Shown: positions 28,347 through 38,161, numbered from the stretch's first letter. The stretch is DNA of 64,000 nucleotides from an uncultured bacterium (GCA_903945435.1 CAJAVM010000008.1:3812-67811); one strand, 5' to 3'. Numbers and translations are program-made. The notes: generated by a model not told the origin, from the letters alone.

Positions 28347-29413
28347 ATTTTTCTTGCTAAAATTTTAACTATTTTTTCAGATACAATTTCTTGATATTCC
28401 GTTGGAGAATCGCCCATGCTTAATTTTTCCGCTAATTTATTTGCTTGAAGTATATCGCTTGTTTCGATTCCGCTCAGTATCATAGAATTATTTTCTAGAA
28501 GCTCAGGTCTTTCGGTTGAGGCTCTCATTAGTACAACCGGAACTTTTAATATACTACATTCTTCAGGTACAGTTCCGCTATCACTTAAAACTGTTTTCGC
28601 ATTCTTCATTAAGGCGAGAAAATCTTTAAAGCCAAAAGGTTTATTGTTTATAACATTTTTTTCTAGCTTAATGTTGAAAGCTTTTAGCATTGATTCTAGT
28701 TTTGGATGTACACTTAAAATTATTTTTGTTTTTTTAGATAGCTGGTTAAGAGCAGTAGTTATCTTTTGTAAAGATTCTTTGTTTGTTATGTTTTCTGTTC
28801 GATGCAGGGTTACTAAAATGTACCCTTTGCTTCTTACTTTATATTGCCCCAGAATCTTTTTCTCGTCAATATTACCAATATATTGAGAAATAACTTCACC
28901 GATAGGGTTTCCTATAACGATTATTTTATTTGGTTTATAACCTTCTAATAGGAGTTGTTCTCGGCTTCTTTGGGTGTAGGGAAGTAAGTATTCGCTGCAT
29001 GAATCAATCATTCTACGGTTAACCTCCTCAGGGACCATGTCGTTATAGCATCTGTTACCAGCCTCTAAATGAAGAACAGGGACGTGAAGTTGCTTAGCCA
29101 CATAAGCAGATAGGGCTGAATTCACATCTCCTAATATTAAGATTATTTGTGGTTTTTCTTTCAGTATTATTTTACTAATTTCTTGCATCATATAACCGAT
29201 AAATTCGAACCCAACAAATTTTTCTTTTAAGTTGAGTTGATAATCGGGGAGTCGCAAACTTAAGTCTTTAAAGAATTTATCCCTTAGATTTGTATCAAAA
29301 TTCTGGCCAGTGTGCACTAGTATGTGTTTATAAAATTTATCAACCTTTTTTATTATTTCTGAAAGCCTGATTATGTCTGGTCTAGTGCCCATGATAGTCA
29401 TTACTTTTTTCAT
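28343..29413 (-). CDS. wecB: UDP-N-acetylglucosamine 2-epimerase (non-hydrolysing type)
   Basis: 356 aa. M-G-T-R-P-D-I-I-R-L, H-L-E-A-G-N-R and D-S-G-T-V-P-E-E. Confidence 0.85.
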   Translation of the reverse strand: MKKVMTIMGTRPDIIRLSEIIKKVDKFYKHILVHTGQNFDTNLRDKFFKDLSLRLPDYQLNLKEKFVGFEFIGYMMQEISKIILKEKPQIILILGDVNSALSAYVAKQLHVPVLHLEAGNRCYNDMVPEEVNRRMIDSCSEYLLPYTQRSREQLLLEGYKPNKIIVIGNPIGEVISQYIGNIDEKKILGQYKVRSKGYILVTLHRTENITNKESLQKITTALNQLSKKTKIILSVHPKLESMLKAFNIKLEKNVINNKPFGFKDFLALMKNAKTVLSDSGTVPEECSILKVPVVLMRASTERPELLENNSMILSGIETSDILQANKLAEKLSMGDSPTEYQEIVSEKIVKILARKI

Positions 29414-29417
29414 AGCT

Positions 29418-30554
29418 TTATAAATTATTGATTATATTTTGTAGTTTTATTGAATTATCTAAAGCGTTATGGTTTTTGTAGAAAGTTTTTTTAGCGTTAA
29501 CGACCAATTTTGTGGAATATTCTTCATTACTAGTCAATTTTTTAATAGCCGATAGTAATAGCTCTTGATCCTCCGCATCAACCACTTCGGCAAAATTATA
29601 TTCTTTTCCATATTTAGCTATAAAGGAATATTCAGGTGCATGTATTAAGATTGGTCTGCCGGAGATTAAATAATCGGTTAATTTACCAGGGCTAGCAGTT
29701 TTTATTATATCAGGAGCCTCAGTATTCCAAGAAAGAGGAAGAAATAAAATATCTGCCTCACTTTGAATTTTTGGCATTGTATCTGGTTCAGAATACAGAA
29801 AACGTATTTTTTTGCTATTTTCAGATGCTGTAATTATTTCATCTGGTACTTTAGGACAATATATATCTAAATTAATGTTTGTATTACTCGGTGATTTTAT
29901 TAGGTTCATTAAATTAATTATACTATTTTTTTGTGGCCAATAGATGTTTCCAGTAAAAACTATTTTAATATTTTTATTGTTAATTTTTTTTTCTTCTATT
30001 TTTGCATAGTTATCTGAAAAAACGGAATTGTAAATTATTTCAAACTTATCCAATCTCCTGTACAGTTTTTGATAATAATCTTTTGTTGCCTCATTAGTAA
30101 TTATTATTTTTTTTGCACCTTTAAAAAATATTGGCTCAAAGAAGTTTATAGCTTTATTTTTAATAGCAAAAATATTTCCTCTCCATAGATCAAATAAAAA
30201 AATACAATATGATTTTTGGGTTATTTTCGCAAGTATAAATGTTATAAAGAAAGAAAATCCACCATCAGAAATAGCAATAATATTGTCTATATTGTCGTTT
30301 TTTATTATTTTTAATCCAAGTTTAATTGCCTGGTATATTTTTTGTAATTTATTTTTATTATTTTTTAAAAAATAATATTTACACCCTAAATTTTTTCCGC
30401 CGCGGTTTTTGTCGTTTAAGTTATTTTTATTTGTTAGTATACAATACTCATCACTATTAATATTAATAAATAGATTATATAAGTTTTGCGCGCCACCAAC
30501 TTGCGGAGGAGCCCAAGATGAGATAATTAAAATTTTTTTATTTAGATTGAGCAT
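29418..30554 (-). CDS. GT-B glycosyltransferase (group 1-like)
   Basis: 378 aa with a very AT-rich gene. The C-terminal half has a GT-B-like pattern (..L-F-L-P-L-S..P-G-K-L-T-D-Y-L-I-S-G-R-P-I-L-I). Confidence 0.6.
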   Translation of the reverse strand: MLNLNKKILIISSWAPPQVGGAQNLYNLFININSDEYCILTNKNNLNDKNRGGKNLGCKYYFLKNNKNKLQKIYQAIKLGLKIIKNDNIDNIIAISDGGFSFFITFILAKITQKSYCIFLFDLWRGNIFAIKNKAINFFEPIFFKGAKKIIITNEATKDYYQKLYRRLDKFEIIYNSVFSDNYAKIEEKKINNKNIKIVFTGNIYWPQKNSIINLMNLIKSPSNTNINLDIYCPKVPDEIITASENSKKIRFLYSEPDTMPKIQSEADILFLPLSWNTEAPDIIKTASPGKLTDYLISGRPILIHAPEYSFIAKYGKEYNFAEVVDAEDQELLLSAIKKLTSNEEYSTKLVVNAKKTFYKNHNALDNSIKLQNIINNL

Positions 30555-33216
30555 GTCTGATTAGTTTGTAGACTTTTTTAGTTATTTCGAATAAGCCTAG
30601 TTTCTTTAAGATAATAATAATTAGTCTTTTTGTATAGATACTAACATTTTCAGCAATTATCCTATTTATAATGATATCATGTATTATAAATATAATTTTG
30701 TTGTTAATTTTCTTATCAGACTCAACTTTCTTAGTGTCAAATTTTTTTGAATCTATTTCCAGGCTTACCTTTTGAAGCAGGCGCTTCCATTTATCCATAG
30801 ACGCCTCAACGGTTACTCCATATTTTATTAATGTTTCCCTGGGATAAAATATTTTTTCTGAAATTTCTTTGATGCCAATTTCTAAATCATCTCCGAAGTA
30901 GCCAATTTTATTTAATTCATCTTCAGATATATCACCGAATATTCCAGTTTTATGCATTACGATTGGTATATTGCACAGGCCAGCTTCTATTGCGGCTAGG
31001 CATTGAGTTTCGATTGGCGATCCTAATATAAAGAAGTCAGCACAATTTAAAAGTTCGGACAGTAGTAGCTGGTTTATTTGATTAAAAACAATAACGTCAT
31101 TTCTCTCATATTTTTCTTGTTTTTTTGTTACTAAAATCCAGAATATTTCTTTATGGCATTCTATTATTTTTTTTATTTCGCTCCACCCCTTAACTTCCGA
31201 AAAATCTCCAACAAAAATGCCAATCTTTTTATTTGTCTTTAATAAATTTTTTTCTTTTAAATATTCTTTATTTTTTTGAGGATAAAACAAGTTACTATCT
31301 ACTCCAACAGGAATAATTTCGCAATCGTATTCGCTATAGGATGCAGCTGTATTGATGGAGTTAGTAACAATTTTATCTGAATTCTTGAGGTTAATTTCTT
31401 GTTGTATGCTTTTTTTCCCCATGGCTCTTAAATCATCTTGCAAAAAAGCAATTGTGTATATTTCATCTGAAATTTTTTCTATAAAACTCGCATTTTGTAT
31501 AATTATTTTAGTATTCTTTTCTTTAAGGATATTTTGACAATCCTTTTTAAATTTCTTCTGTCTAGAGTGCAGCGCTTTAAAGTCGAGCGGATATGAGCCA
31601 AGTATATTTTCCAGTATAAAATTCCAGAAAACTTTTTCGCCCATTATTCCTCCCGTTAAATCATTTATAACGGCGATGCTGGTGCTATCTTCTTTTTTAT
31701 TTTCATTTTTACTATCCATTTCTCCGCACTGAAAATGATATACAACAGACTGAAAAGAAGTTTTATGTTTTATTCCTCTTAAGGCTAATTTATCCATTAG
31801 TATTTTATCCCCAGATATTTGTGGCTCCCCTAATCTTGCTATTTTTGGGCTGTGTATATTGCTGCCAATCTTAGCATTCCCCTCTGGATATCCTCCCACA
31901 CCGATGAAATCCTTCTTTTTTATTAGTAATGGCATAAATAATCCGCCTTCATTTATAGCATCTCTTTTAATTTTATTTTGATATAACTGGAAATCTTGTT
32001 CTTTATAATTATCAATTTCTGTGCCAAAATTTTTTTTAATTCCATATTTTCCTGGAGTTAATTTTCCAGATTCTACCAATCTGGAAGCTATACAATTTTT
32101 GCCATCGTATTTATCTATTAGATTTTCAGACCAATTATTACTAAAGGCCATGTCTGAGTTAATAAATATAATAAAATCTCCCTTAGCTTGTTCGGCGGCA
32201 TAATTCCATGCTCTGTAAACGTTATTGATGTACCATTCTTTTTTATGTTCCTCTGTATTATTAAAAATATAATGCGGAAGATGATTTTCTGTTAAATATT
32301 TTATAACTTCATCGTTAGCATCGTTTGCTACAAAATAAAATTCCTTGTCAGATAGGTCTGTGTATTTTAGTACTTGCTCATACACAAATTTTAGCCAGTC
32401 AACGCTTTTATAAATTAAACAAGCTATCGAATATTTAGGCCTGGTAATTTTTTCTCTGTAATTATAAATATAATGAATGGAATCAGCTAGTGCTAGTTTA
32501 TTTGGTTTTTTTTCGTCATTTATGTATAGCTCGTTTGGTATATATTCTTTATCAACCTTTTCTGTTTCAAGTCTATCTTCGCTTATAATTCTGTCTAGCA
32601 TAACATAGCCTCGTTGCCCATGTTTTTTGTAAGTTAAATATTTATAAGCTATATTTTTTTCATCGTAGAAACCATAGTGGATAATTGACACTTTTTCTGT
32701 TTTTAGCACTTCATCTATGCCATTAGGGGCAAGAGATTGATGGAGGCCTGGTTTGTTTTTATAAGATAAATCTTTTTTTACTTTCCAAATTTTTGTAAAC
32801 CAACCTTCGTCGTAAAGGCTGTCTGTTCGTTTCCATGTAGAGCTTCTCCACAAATTTATTTCTTTCATGCTTACACCATCGTATTTATTTTTGGCACATT
32901 CCTCGCATAATGCTATTAGTTGATCTTTTGTGCAACTCAACAATTCGTCAGCATCTATACATACTATAAAATCAGCTTTTTCTTCTAGAGCAGCACTTAA
33001 TAGTAAGGATTTATGTTTAACTTCCTCTGAGAAATTATTATTACCGCCCCTTATTACTTTATCTGCGTTATTTAGAGAATATTCATAGCTACCATCAGTA
33101 CTGCAATCATCATAAATAATAATTTTATCTACCAACGGTTTTATATATTTAAAAAAGCGTTCAATATTTCCTTTTTCCATCTCATTATATATTTGGCATA
33201 TTCCAATTATTTTCAT
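30538..33216 (-). CDS. Three-domain glycosyltransferase (GT2 + GT2-like + GT-B)
   Basis: The ORF extends to 33291, but M-K-I-I-G-I-C.. at 33216 forms an ATGA overlap with the upstream stop, giving ~892 aa. Domain 1 has Y-D-D-C-S-T-D-G-S and I-D-A-D-E. Domain 2 has Y-S-I-A-C-L-I-Y-K..F-I-N-S-D-M. Domain 3 has E-T-Q-C-L-A-A-I-E-A-G (E-x7-E). Confidence 0.7.
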   Translation of the reverse strand: MKIIGICQIYNEMEKGNIERFFKYIKPLVDKIIIYDDCSTDGSYEYSLNNADKVIRGGNNNFSEEVKHKSLLLSAALEEKADFIVCIDADELLSCTKDQLIALCEECAKNKYDGVSMKEINLWRSSTWKRTDSLYDEGWFTKIWKVKKDLSYKNKPGLHQSLAPNGIDEVLKTEKVSIIHYGFYDEKNIAYKYLTYKKHGQRGYVMLDRIISEDRLETEKVDKEYIPNELYINDEKKPNKLALADSIHYIYNYREKITRPKYSIACLIYKSVDWLKFVYEQVLKYTDLSDKEFYFVANDANDEVIKYLTENHLPHYIFNNTEEHKKEWYINNVYRAWNYAAEQAKGDFIIFINSDMAFSNNWSENLIDKYDGKNCIASRLVESGKLTPGKYGIKKNFGTEIDNYKEQDFQLYQNKIKRDAINEGGLFMPLLIKKKDFIGVGGYPEGNAKIGSNIHSPKIARLGEPQISGDKILMDKLALRGIKHKTSFQSVVYHFQCGEMDSKNENKKEDSTSIAVINDLTGGIMGEKVFWNFILENILGSYPLDFKALHSRQKKFKKDCQNILKEKNTKIIIQNASFIEKISDEIYTIAFLQDDLRAMGKKSIQQEINLKNSDKIVTNSINTAASYSEYDCEIIPVGVDSNLFYPQKNKEYLKEKNLLKTNKKIGIFVGDFSEVKGWSEIKKIIECHKEIFWILVTKKQEKYERNDVIVFNQINQLLLSELLNCADFFILGSPIETQCLAAIEAGLCNIPIVMHKTGIFGDISEDELNKIGYFGDDLEIGIKEISEKIFYPRETLIKYGVTVEASMDKWKRLLQKVSLEIDSKKFDTKKVESDKKINNKIIFIIHDIIINRIIAENVSIYTKRLIIIILKKLGLFEITKKVYKLIRHAQSK

Positions 33217-34010
33217 ATTTTTAAACCTTTTAAAGTTTTTATTGAATATCTTAATACTTTTATTATTACCTTCGTGATTAGTCCGTACCACTTCCCAAAA
33301 TAATAATCCTGGGCTTCGTAATAATATTTTTTTCTTTCACTATTTAAACTAAGACTTTTCCCGCCAAGATGGGTTATGTTTGTTTTTAAATTGACGACGG
33401 TCTCATATCTCTCCTCCTTAACTCGCTTACAAATATCAACGTCTTCAAAGTAGAGAAAGAAATGGTCATCCCAGCCACCAACTTTTTTAAATAATTCTCT
33501 TCTTATCATTAACGCGCAACCACTTACCCAATCGGTTTTTAATATCTCTGCTTCAGTAGGGATTTTTTGTTCTTTTTTAGTTACCTGAGTTATGAGTCTC
33601 CAGAAAGTAGGGAATCGACCAAAGGCATTTTTTTGATATTCGTTATTTTCTAGTTTTAGACGTGGAGATATTATTCCTATCTTCTCATTCTGTTTAAATA
33701 AACTCAAGCATTCTGATAGAAAATCCTCGGTAGCTATCGTATCGCTATTTAGGAATAATAAATAATCTCCGGTTGCAAGAGCGGCTCCTTGATTATTAGC
33801 CCCCGCAAATCCTAGATTTTTCTTGTTAACGATAATCTGAATTTTATCACCAAACTCGCCCCTTAGCATCTCAACGCTTCCATCTTCCGAATGATTATCT
33901 ATAACGATTATCTCCCGTTCCTCCGGTCTTGGCAAGGTAAAAAGGCTCTTTAAGCAGGCGATAGTAAGCTCTGGGGTTTTGTAGTTAATGATTATTGCCG
34001 AAAATGTCAT
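33213..34010 (-). CDS. Family 2 glycosyltransferase
   Basis: 265 aa. F-S-A-I-I-I-N-Y-K-T, V-I-D-N-H-S-E-D-G-S and L-N-S-D-T. Confidence 0.8.
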   Translation of the reverse strand: MTFSAIIINYKTPELTIACLKSLFTLPRPEEREIIVIDNHSEDGSVEMLRGEFGDKIQIIVNKKNLGFAGANNQGAALATGDYLLFLNSDTIATEDFLSECLSLFKQNEKIGIISPRLKLENNEYQKNAFGRFPTFWRLITQVTKKEQKIPTEAEILKTDWVSGCALMIRRELFKKVGGWDDHFFLYFEDVDICKRVKEERYETVVNLKTNITHLGGKSLSLNSERKKYYYEAQDYYFGKWYGLITKVIIKVLRYSIKTLKGLKI

Positions 34011-34021
34011 TTTATTACGTT

Positions 34022-34903
34022 TTATTTTTTAAAATAAAGTAAGATAATTTTCACTAGCTCCTTATACCGAACAATATTTTTAATCTTTACCTGAAAACTA
34101 AAATTTTTAGGAAGAAAGGCGCGGTTATGAATAATGATTTTCTGGTAATAATCTTTCCAAAGGTTATCGCGATAGAAAAAATGTTTTATTTTATTTTTTC
34201 GTCCCCATGATTCATTCTCGCCTCGATTTAAAACTATTTCTTCGGCTATGACTCCGGCACTAAATTCCATATTAGTATAAAAGAAAAGAGACGGAAAGGG
34301 AAACATATCTAATTTATCATTAAATTTCTCAAAGATATAAAAATTTTTATCAAAAATCTCTTTTTTTATAATCCAATTAGAACAAAGAGTTGTATAATAG
34401 TCGATGCTCCCTGGAAACTTTTGATTTAAAATTTGAAAAAAATCTTTTTTATTAGTTGCGACTACATTCTCTTTAACTTTCAATAGATTTTTATATTGTA
34501 TAGGACTGTTATCGCTAAAGCCAATTAAATTACATAGCACTAAATCAGTTTTATGTTTTTTTATAAAGTCTATTACGACTTCTAAAGAATTATTAGCTTG
34601 AATATCATCATCAGAAAATACCCAAATATACTCACCATCGGCCAGCGAGGCAACTTTTATGATTCCTGGTATCAATCCTCGTTTTTCACTATCACAAATA
34701 TATTTTACATTACTAAATCTACTGGTAAATGTTTGAGCAATCTCTTCTGTATTATCGGCGCTTTGGTTATCTAGTATAGTAATGTTAACGCTATTTTTTA
34801 TTTCTAAATTTGAAAATTGCGCAGTTAGACTCGCTAAACATTCTTTTAAAAAACGCGCACGGTTAAAAGTTGGTATACAAATGCTAATTAGAGGTCTATC
34901 CAT
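34022..34903 (-). CDS. Family 2 glycosyltransferase
   Basis: 293 aa. I-S-I-C-I-P-T-F-N-R-A-R-F-L, L-D-N-Q-S-A-D-N-T and F-S-D-D-D. Confidence 0.8.
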   Translation of the reverse strand: MDRPLISICIPTFNRARFLKECLASLTAQFSNLEIKNSVNITILDNQSADNTEEIAQTFTSRFSNVKYICDSEKRGLIPGIIKVASLADGEYIWVFSDDDIQANNSLEVVIDFIKKHKTDLVLCNLIGFSDNSPIQYKNLLKVKENVVATNKKDFFQILNQKFPGSIDYYTTLCSNWIIKKEIFDKNFYIFEKFNDKLDMFPFPSLFFYTNMEFSAGVIAEEIVLNRGENESWGRKNKIKHFFYRDNLWKDYYQKIIIHNRAFLPKNFSFQVKIKNIVRYKELVKIILLYFKK

Positions 34904-34909
34904 AGCTTT

Positions 34910-35821
34910 CTAATCAAGATTATTTATAATTTTTTTTATCATCTGAGAAAAATTTACGCTAGCTTTCCATCCTGTTATCGCCTTTAATTTTTTCGCATCG
35001 CCTAGAAGTACGGCCTTTCTCTCGTTTATAATTTTTTTATTTTCTTTAATGTATTTTTTATAATTAAGTCCTAAAGTTTTAAACGTTATTTTGATAAAAT
35101 CTAAAACAGTATGTAATTTTCCGGTAGCGATTATAAAATCGTCAGCCTGTTTATTATTTAGTATCAACTGCATTGCCTTAACGTAATCAGGCGCATATCC
35201 CCAATCAACTTTCGCGCTCAAATCGCCAACTATCAACTTATCTTGCTTGCCGCTTTTAATATTAATTGCTCCTTTAATAATTTTCATCGAAATGAAATTA
35301 TCGGCGCGGTATTTGGACTCGTGATTATATAAAATTCCTACTGAAGCAAAGATATTATATTTTTCTCGGTATAATTTACAAAGTAAGGCACCATTCATTT
35401 TTGTTATCCCGTAAGCGCTATTGGGATTATAGGGAGTATTTTCATTTTGAATTTTTGTTTTTGAGTTTCCGAAAATTAACGAAGAACTCGCATAAAATAT
35501 TTTCGTTTTTGGAGAAAAAAGACGAATGCCTTCAAGAAAATTTAGTAAAGCTAAAACATTAATTTGATAACTTTGATATAAATCATTGTAAGCATTATCT
35601 TGTTTATCCTGAGAAGAAAAGTGAAAGGCTGCTAAATAATAAATTTCTTCTGGCTTATTCTTTTTGATTAATGTAAAGACAGCTTGTCTGTCTTGAATGT
35701 CTATTCCGTTTTTATCTACACCAATAACTTTATAGTTTAAACCAGTGAGCAATTGTGTTAACAATTTCCCGTCCTGTCCTTGAGAACCAATAATTAAAGC
35801 AGTTTTATTTTTAGCCTTCAT
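34910..35821 (-). CDS. Gmd-paralogous short SDR, probable GDP-4-keto-6-deoxyhexose 4-reductase (Rmd-like)
   Basis: 303 aa, colinear with the gmd product two genes upstream ([25 protein letters not shown]). It has A-S-S-S-L-I-F-G where Gmd has A-S-T-S-E-L-F-G, so the catalytic Glu is absent. Confidence 0.55.
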   Translation of the reverse strand: MKAKNKTALIIGSQGQDGKLLTQLLTGLNYKVIGVDKNGIDIQDRQAVFTLIKKNKPEEIYYLAAFHFSSQDKQDNAYNDLYQSYQINVLALLNFLEGIRLFSPKTKIFYASSSLIFGNSKTKIQNENTPYNPNSAYGITKMNGALLCKLYREKYNIFASVGILYNHESKYRADNFISMKIIKGAINIKSGKQDKLIVGDLSAKVDWGYAPDYVKAMQLILNNKQADDFIIATGKLHTVLDFIKITFKTLGLNYKKYIKENKKIINERKAVLLGDAKKLKAITGWKASVNFSQMIKKIINNLD

Positions 35822-35836
35822 ATCCCATATATTATA

Positions 35837-37096
35837 TTAGATAATTTCTATTTTAGGTAAAGGAAAAATTAATTTTCCTCCTCCTGCTAAAAAATTTTGT
35901 TCTCGCTTGATAATTCCATCTTTAAAATGCCAAGGTAATACTAAAAAATAATCGGGATTCATTTTTTTTGCTTCATCTTCGGAAATAATAGAAATAGCAG
36001 TTCCAGGAGTACAATGACCAAATTTATCTTCGTTAACGTCAGCAATGTAAGGAATATCTTTAGCGGTTAGGCCGCAGTATTGTAAAATTACATTACCCTT
36101 AGTCGAAGCACCGTAACCAAATATTTTTTTATTTTCTTGTTGAGAATGTTTAACAAATTCTAATAATTCGTTGCGATGTTTTTCGGTATCTTTTTTAAAT
36201 ATTTCGTATATTTCTAAACCGTCAAATCCATCATCACGCTCTGACTTTAAAATACTTTCAATTTTTTCGGTTGCTTCTTCAAAATGAGAATTTTTCTTGG
36301 CAAAAGTTAAGGCTAAACTTGCCCCATTAGTTTTATTAAGTTCGATATCGATTATTTTTAAATTTGCTCTATCAGCCATCCATTTAAATTGTTTGAGGGC
36401 ATAAAATTCTGAATGTTCATGACAGATTGTGTCGTATGAAGTATTGCTTATCATATCCGGCATGTAGCTTTGTTCGGTAATCCAGATTCCTTCATTATCC
36501 ATAACGCTCTCAATTTCCTGCATAATAAAAAGCGGATGCGGTAAATCATAAAACATGGCGATGGAAGTAATAACTTTCGCTTTTTTATCGCCACGTATTT
36601 CTTTAACGATATTTTTAGAAAAGAAATTCGGCGCGCTTTCTATGTATGCTGGATAATATTTGTTGAATTTTTTTGAAGTCGGGTCTATTCCTAGTAAATC
36701 AAGTTCATGATTTTTATAGCTCGATAAAAGAGTTCCGTCGTTGCTAGCAATATCAATAACTAGATCTCCGTTTACTAAGTCTATTCTATTTTCTATTTTT
36801 TTAACTACTTCACCTAAATGATTAATCATTGATTGATTTAAGCCTGACCTGTATCCATAATTATCGCCGTATAATTTTTCCATTTCATAATTATGTCGCA
36901 ACTGAACTAGTCCGCAGGCTTCATCTGGATTTTCACTATTTTTACTAAAACACTTTACCATTTCCAAGGGCCCCGATTCGACGGTTTCATTTATTTTAGG
37001 GAAAATACCAGTTAAAGCTTGGTCGCCTAAATTTAAAATAGAAACCAGATTTTTGTTACCACAAATTCGACACTCTTTTATTTCTTCGTATAACAT
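35837..37096 (-). CDS. NDP-hexose C-methyltransferase (TylCIII-like, zinc-ribbon N-terminus)
   Basis: 419 aa. N-terminal C-R-I-C-G-N-K-N-L zinc-ribbon motif, a central SAM-MT core (V-I-D-I-A-S-N-D-G) and a C-terminal C-methyltransferase-type domain. Confidence 0.7.
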   Translation of the reverse strand: MLYEEIKECRICGNKNLVSILNLGDQALTGIFPKINETVESGPLEMVKCFSKNSENPDEACGLVQLRHNYEMEKLYGDNYGYRSGLNQSMINHLGEVVKKIENRIDLVNGDLVIDIASNDGTLLSSYKNHELDLLGIDPTSKKFNKYYPAYIESAPNFFSKNIVKEIRGDKKAKVITSIAMFYDLPHPLFIMQEIESVMDNEGIWITEQSYMPDMISNTSYDTICHEHSEFYALKQFKWMADRANLKIIDIELNKTNGASLALTFAKKNSHFEEATEKIESILKSERDDGFDGLEIYEIFKKDTEKHRNELLEFVKHSQQENKKIFGYGASTKGNVILQYCGLTAKDIPYIADVNEDKFGHCTPGTAISIISEDEAKKMNPDYFLVLPWHFKDGIIKREQNFLAGGGKLIFPLPKIEII

Positions 37097-37099
37097 ATT

Positions 37100-38122
37100 T
37101 TAATTTAGATCTTCTTTTAAATCGTGTTCCATCATTATTTTAATTAGTTCTTTGAAGCCAACTTTTGGTTTCCAGTTTAGTTTGTTGTGAGCTTTAGAGC
37201 TATCGCCGATTAGTAAATCAACTTCGGTCGGTCTAAAATATTTTGGGTCGATTTCGATTACAATCTTTCCAGTTTTTTTATCGATTCCTTTTTCTTCTAA
37301 ATCTTTACCTTCCCAAATTATTTCATATCCAGCAAGCCTAAATGCTTCTTCGCAAAATTCTCTAATACTGTGAGTTTTTCCAGTTGCAATAACATAATCA
37401 TCAGGCTTATCTTGTTGGAGCATGAGCCACATCGCCTCAACATAATCAGGTGCATAGCCCCAATCACGTTTAGCGTCTAGATTTCCTAGCGTAATTTTCT
37501 CTTGCTTGCCATTTTTAATATTAACAATGCCTTTGGTAATTTTTCTGGTTACAAAAATTTGGCCTCGTCTTTCCGATTCGTGATTAAAGAGTATTCCGTT
37601 ACAGGCAAACAGACTATAGGCTTCGCGATAATTTTTTACTGTCCAAAAAGAAAATAATTTGGCAATGCCATATGGAGATCTGGGATAGAAAGGCGTATTT
37701 TCTGTTTGTGGGGTTTCTTGGACCTTACCAAATAATTCGGAAGTAGAAGCTTGATAAAATTTAGTTTTAATTCCCGTGCTTTTAATGGCGTCTAATAATC
37801 TTAAAGTTCCCAGTCCGTCAACTTCGGCCGTATATTCTGGAAGTTGAAAAGAAATATGAACATGAGACTGTGCGCCTAAATTATATATTTCATCCGGTTG
37901 AATTTGTTCAAGTAGTCTGTTCAAGTTACTCGAATCTATTAAATCACCGTAATGAAGATGAAAATTTAAATTTTTGTTGTTTATTAAATGATCTATGCGT
38001 TCAGTATTAAAAAGAGAAGCGGCTCTTCTTAGTCCGTGAACTTCATAGCCCTTACTTAAAAGTAGCTCTGCTAAATATGAACCATCCTGTCCCGTTATTC
38101 CAGTGATTAGTGCTTTTTTCAT
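37100..38122 (-). CDS. gmd: GDP-mannose 4,6-dehydratase
   Basis: 340 aa. [27 protein letters not shown] and N-H-E-S-E-R-R-G. Confidence 0.9.
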   Translation of the reverse strand: MKKALITGITGQDGSYLAELLLSKGYEVHGLRRAASLFNTERIDHLINNKNLNFHLHYGDLIDSSNLNRLLEQIQPDEIYNLGAQSHVHISFQLPEYTAEVDGLGTLRLLDAIKSTGIKTKFYQASTSELFGKVQETPQTENTPFYPRSPYGIAKLFSFWTVKNYREAYSLFACNGILFNHESERRGQIFVTRKITKGIVNIKNGKQEKITLGNLDAKRDWGYAPDYVEAMWLMLQQDKPDDYVIATGKTHSIREFCEEAFRLAGYEIIWEGKDLEEKGIDKKTGKIVIEIDPKYFRPTEVDLLIGDSSKAHNKLNWKPKVGFKELIKIMMEHDLKEDLN

Positions 38123-38161
38123 ATTAGATATTTTTTATTAACTTGGCCGGCATCCCGGTTT

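Noticed and set aside
29981-29999. Homopolymer runs (A/T of 8-9 nt) inside glycosyltransferase and other genes as phase-variation switches (also 5914-5922, 24804-24811)
   Set aside because: In a genome this AT-rich, Lys/Phe codon runs of this length are expected by chance. There is no frameshifted gene remnant and no evidence of length heterogeneity in a single sequence.
33217-33291. 25-aa N-terminal extension of the three-domain glycosyltransferase
   Set aside because: It would overlap the upstream GT2 gene by 79 nt. The ATG at 33216 gives the typical ATGA stop/start coupling and begins directly at the GT2 beta-strand (M-K-I-I-G-I-C).
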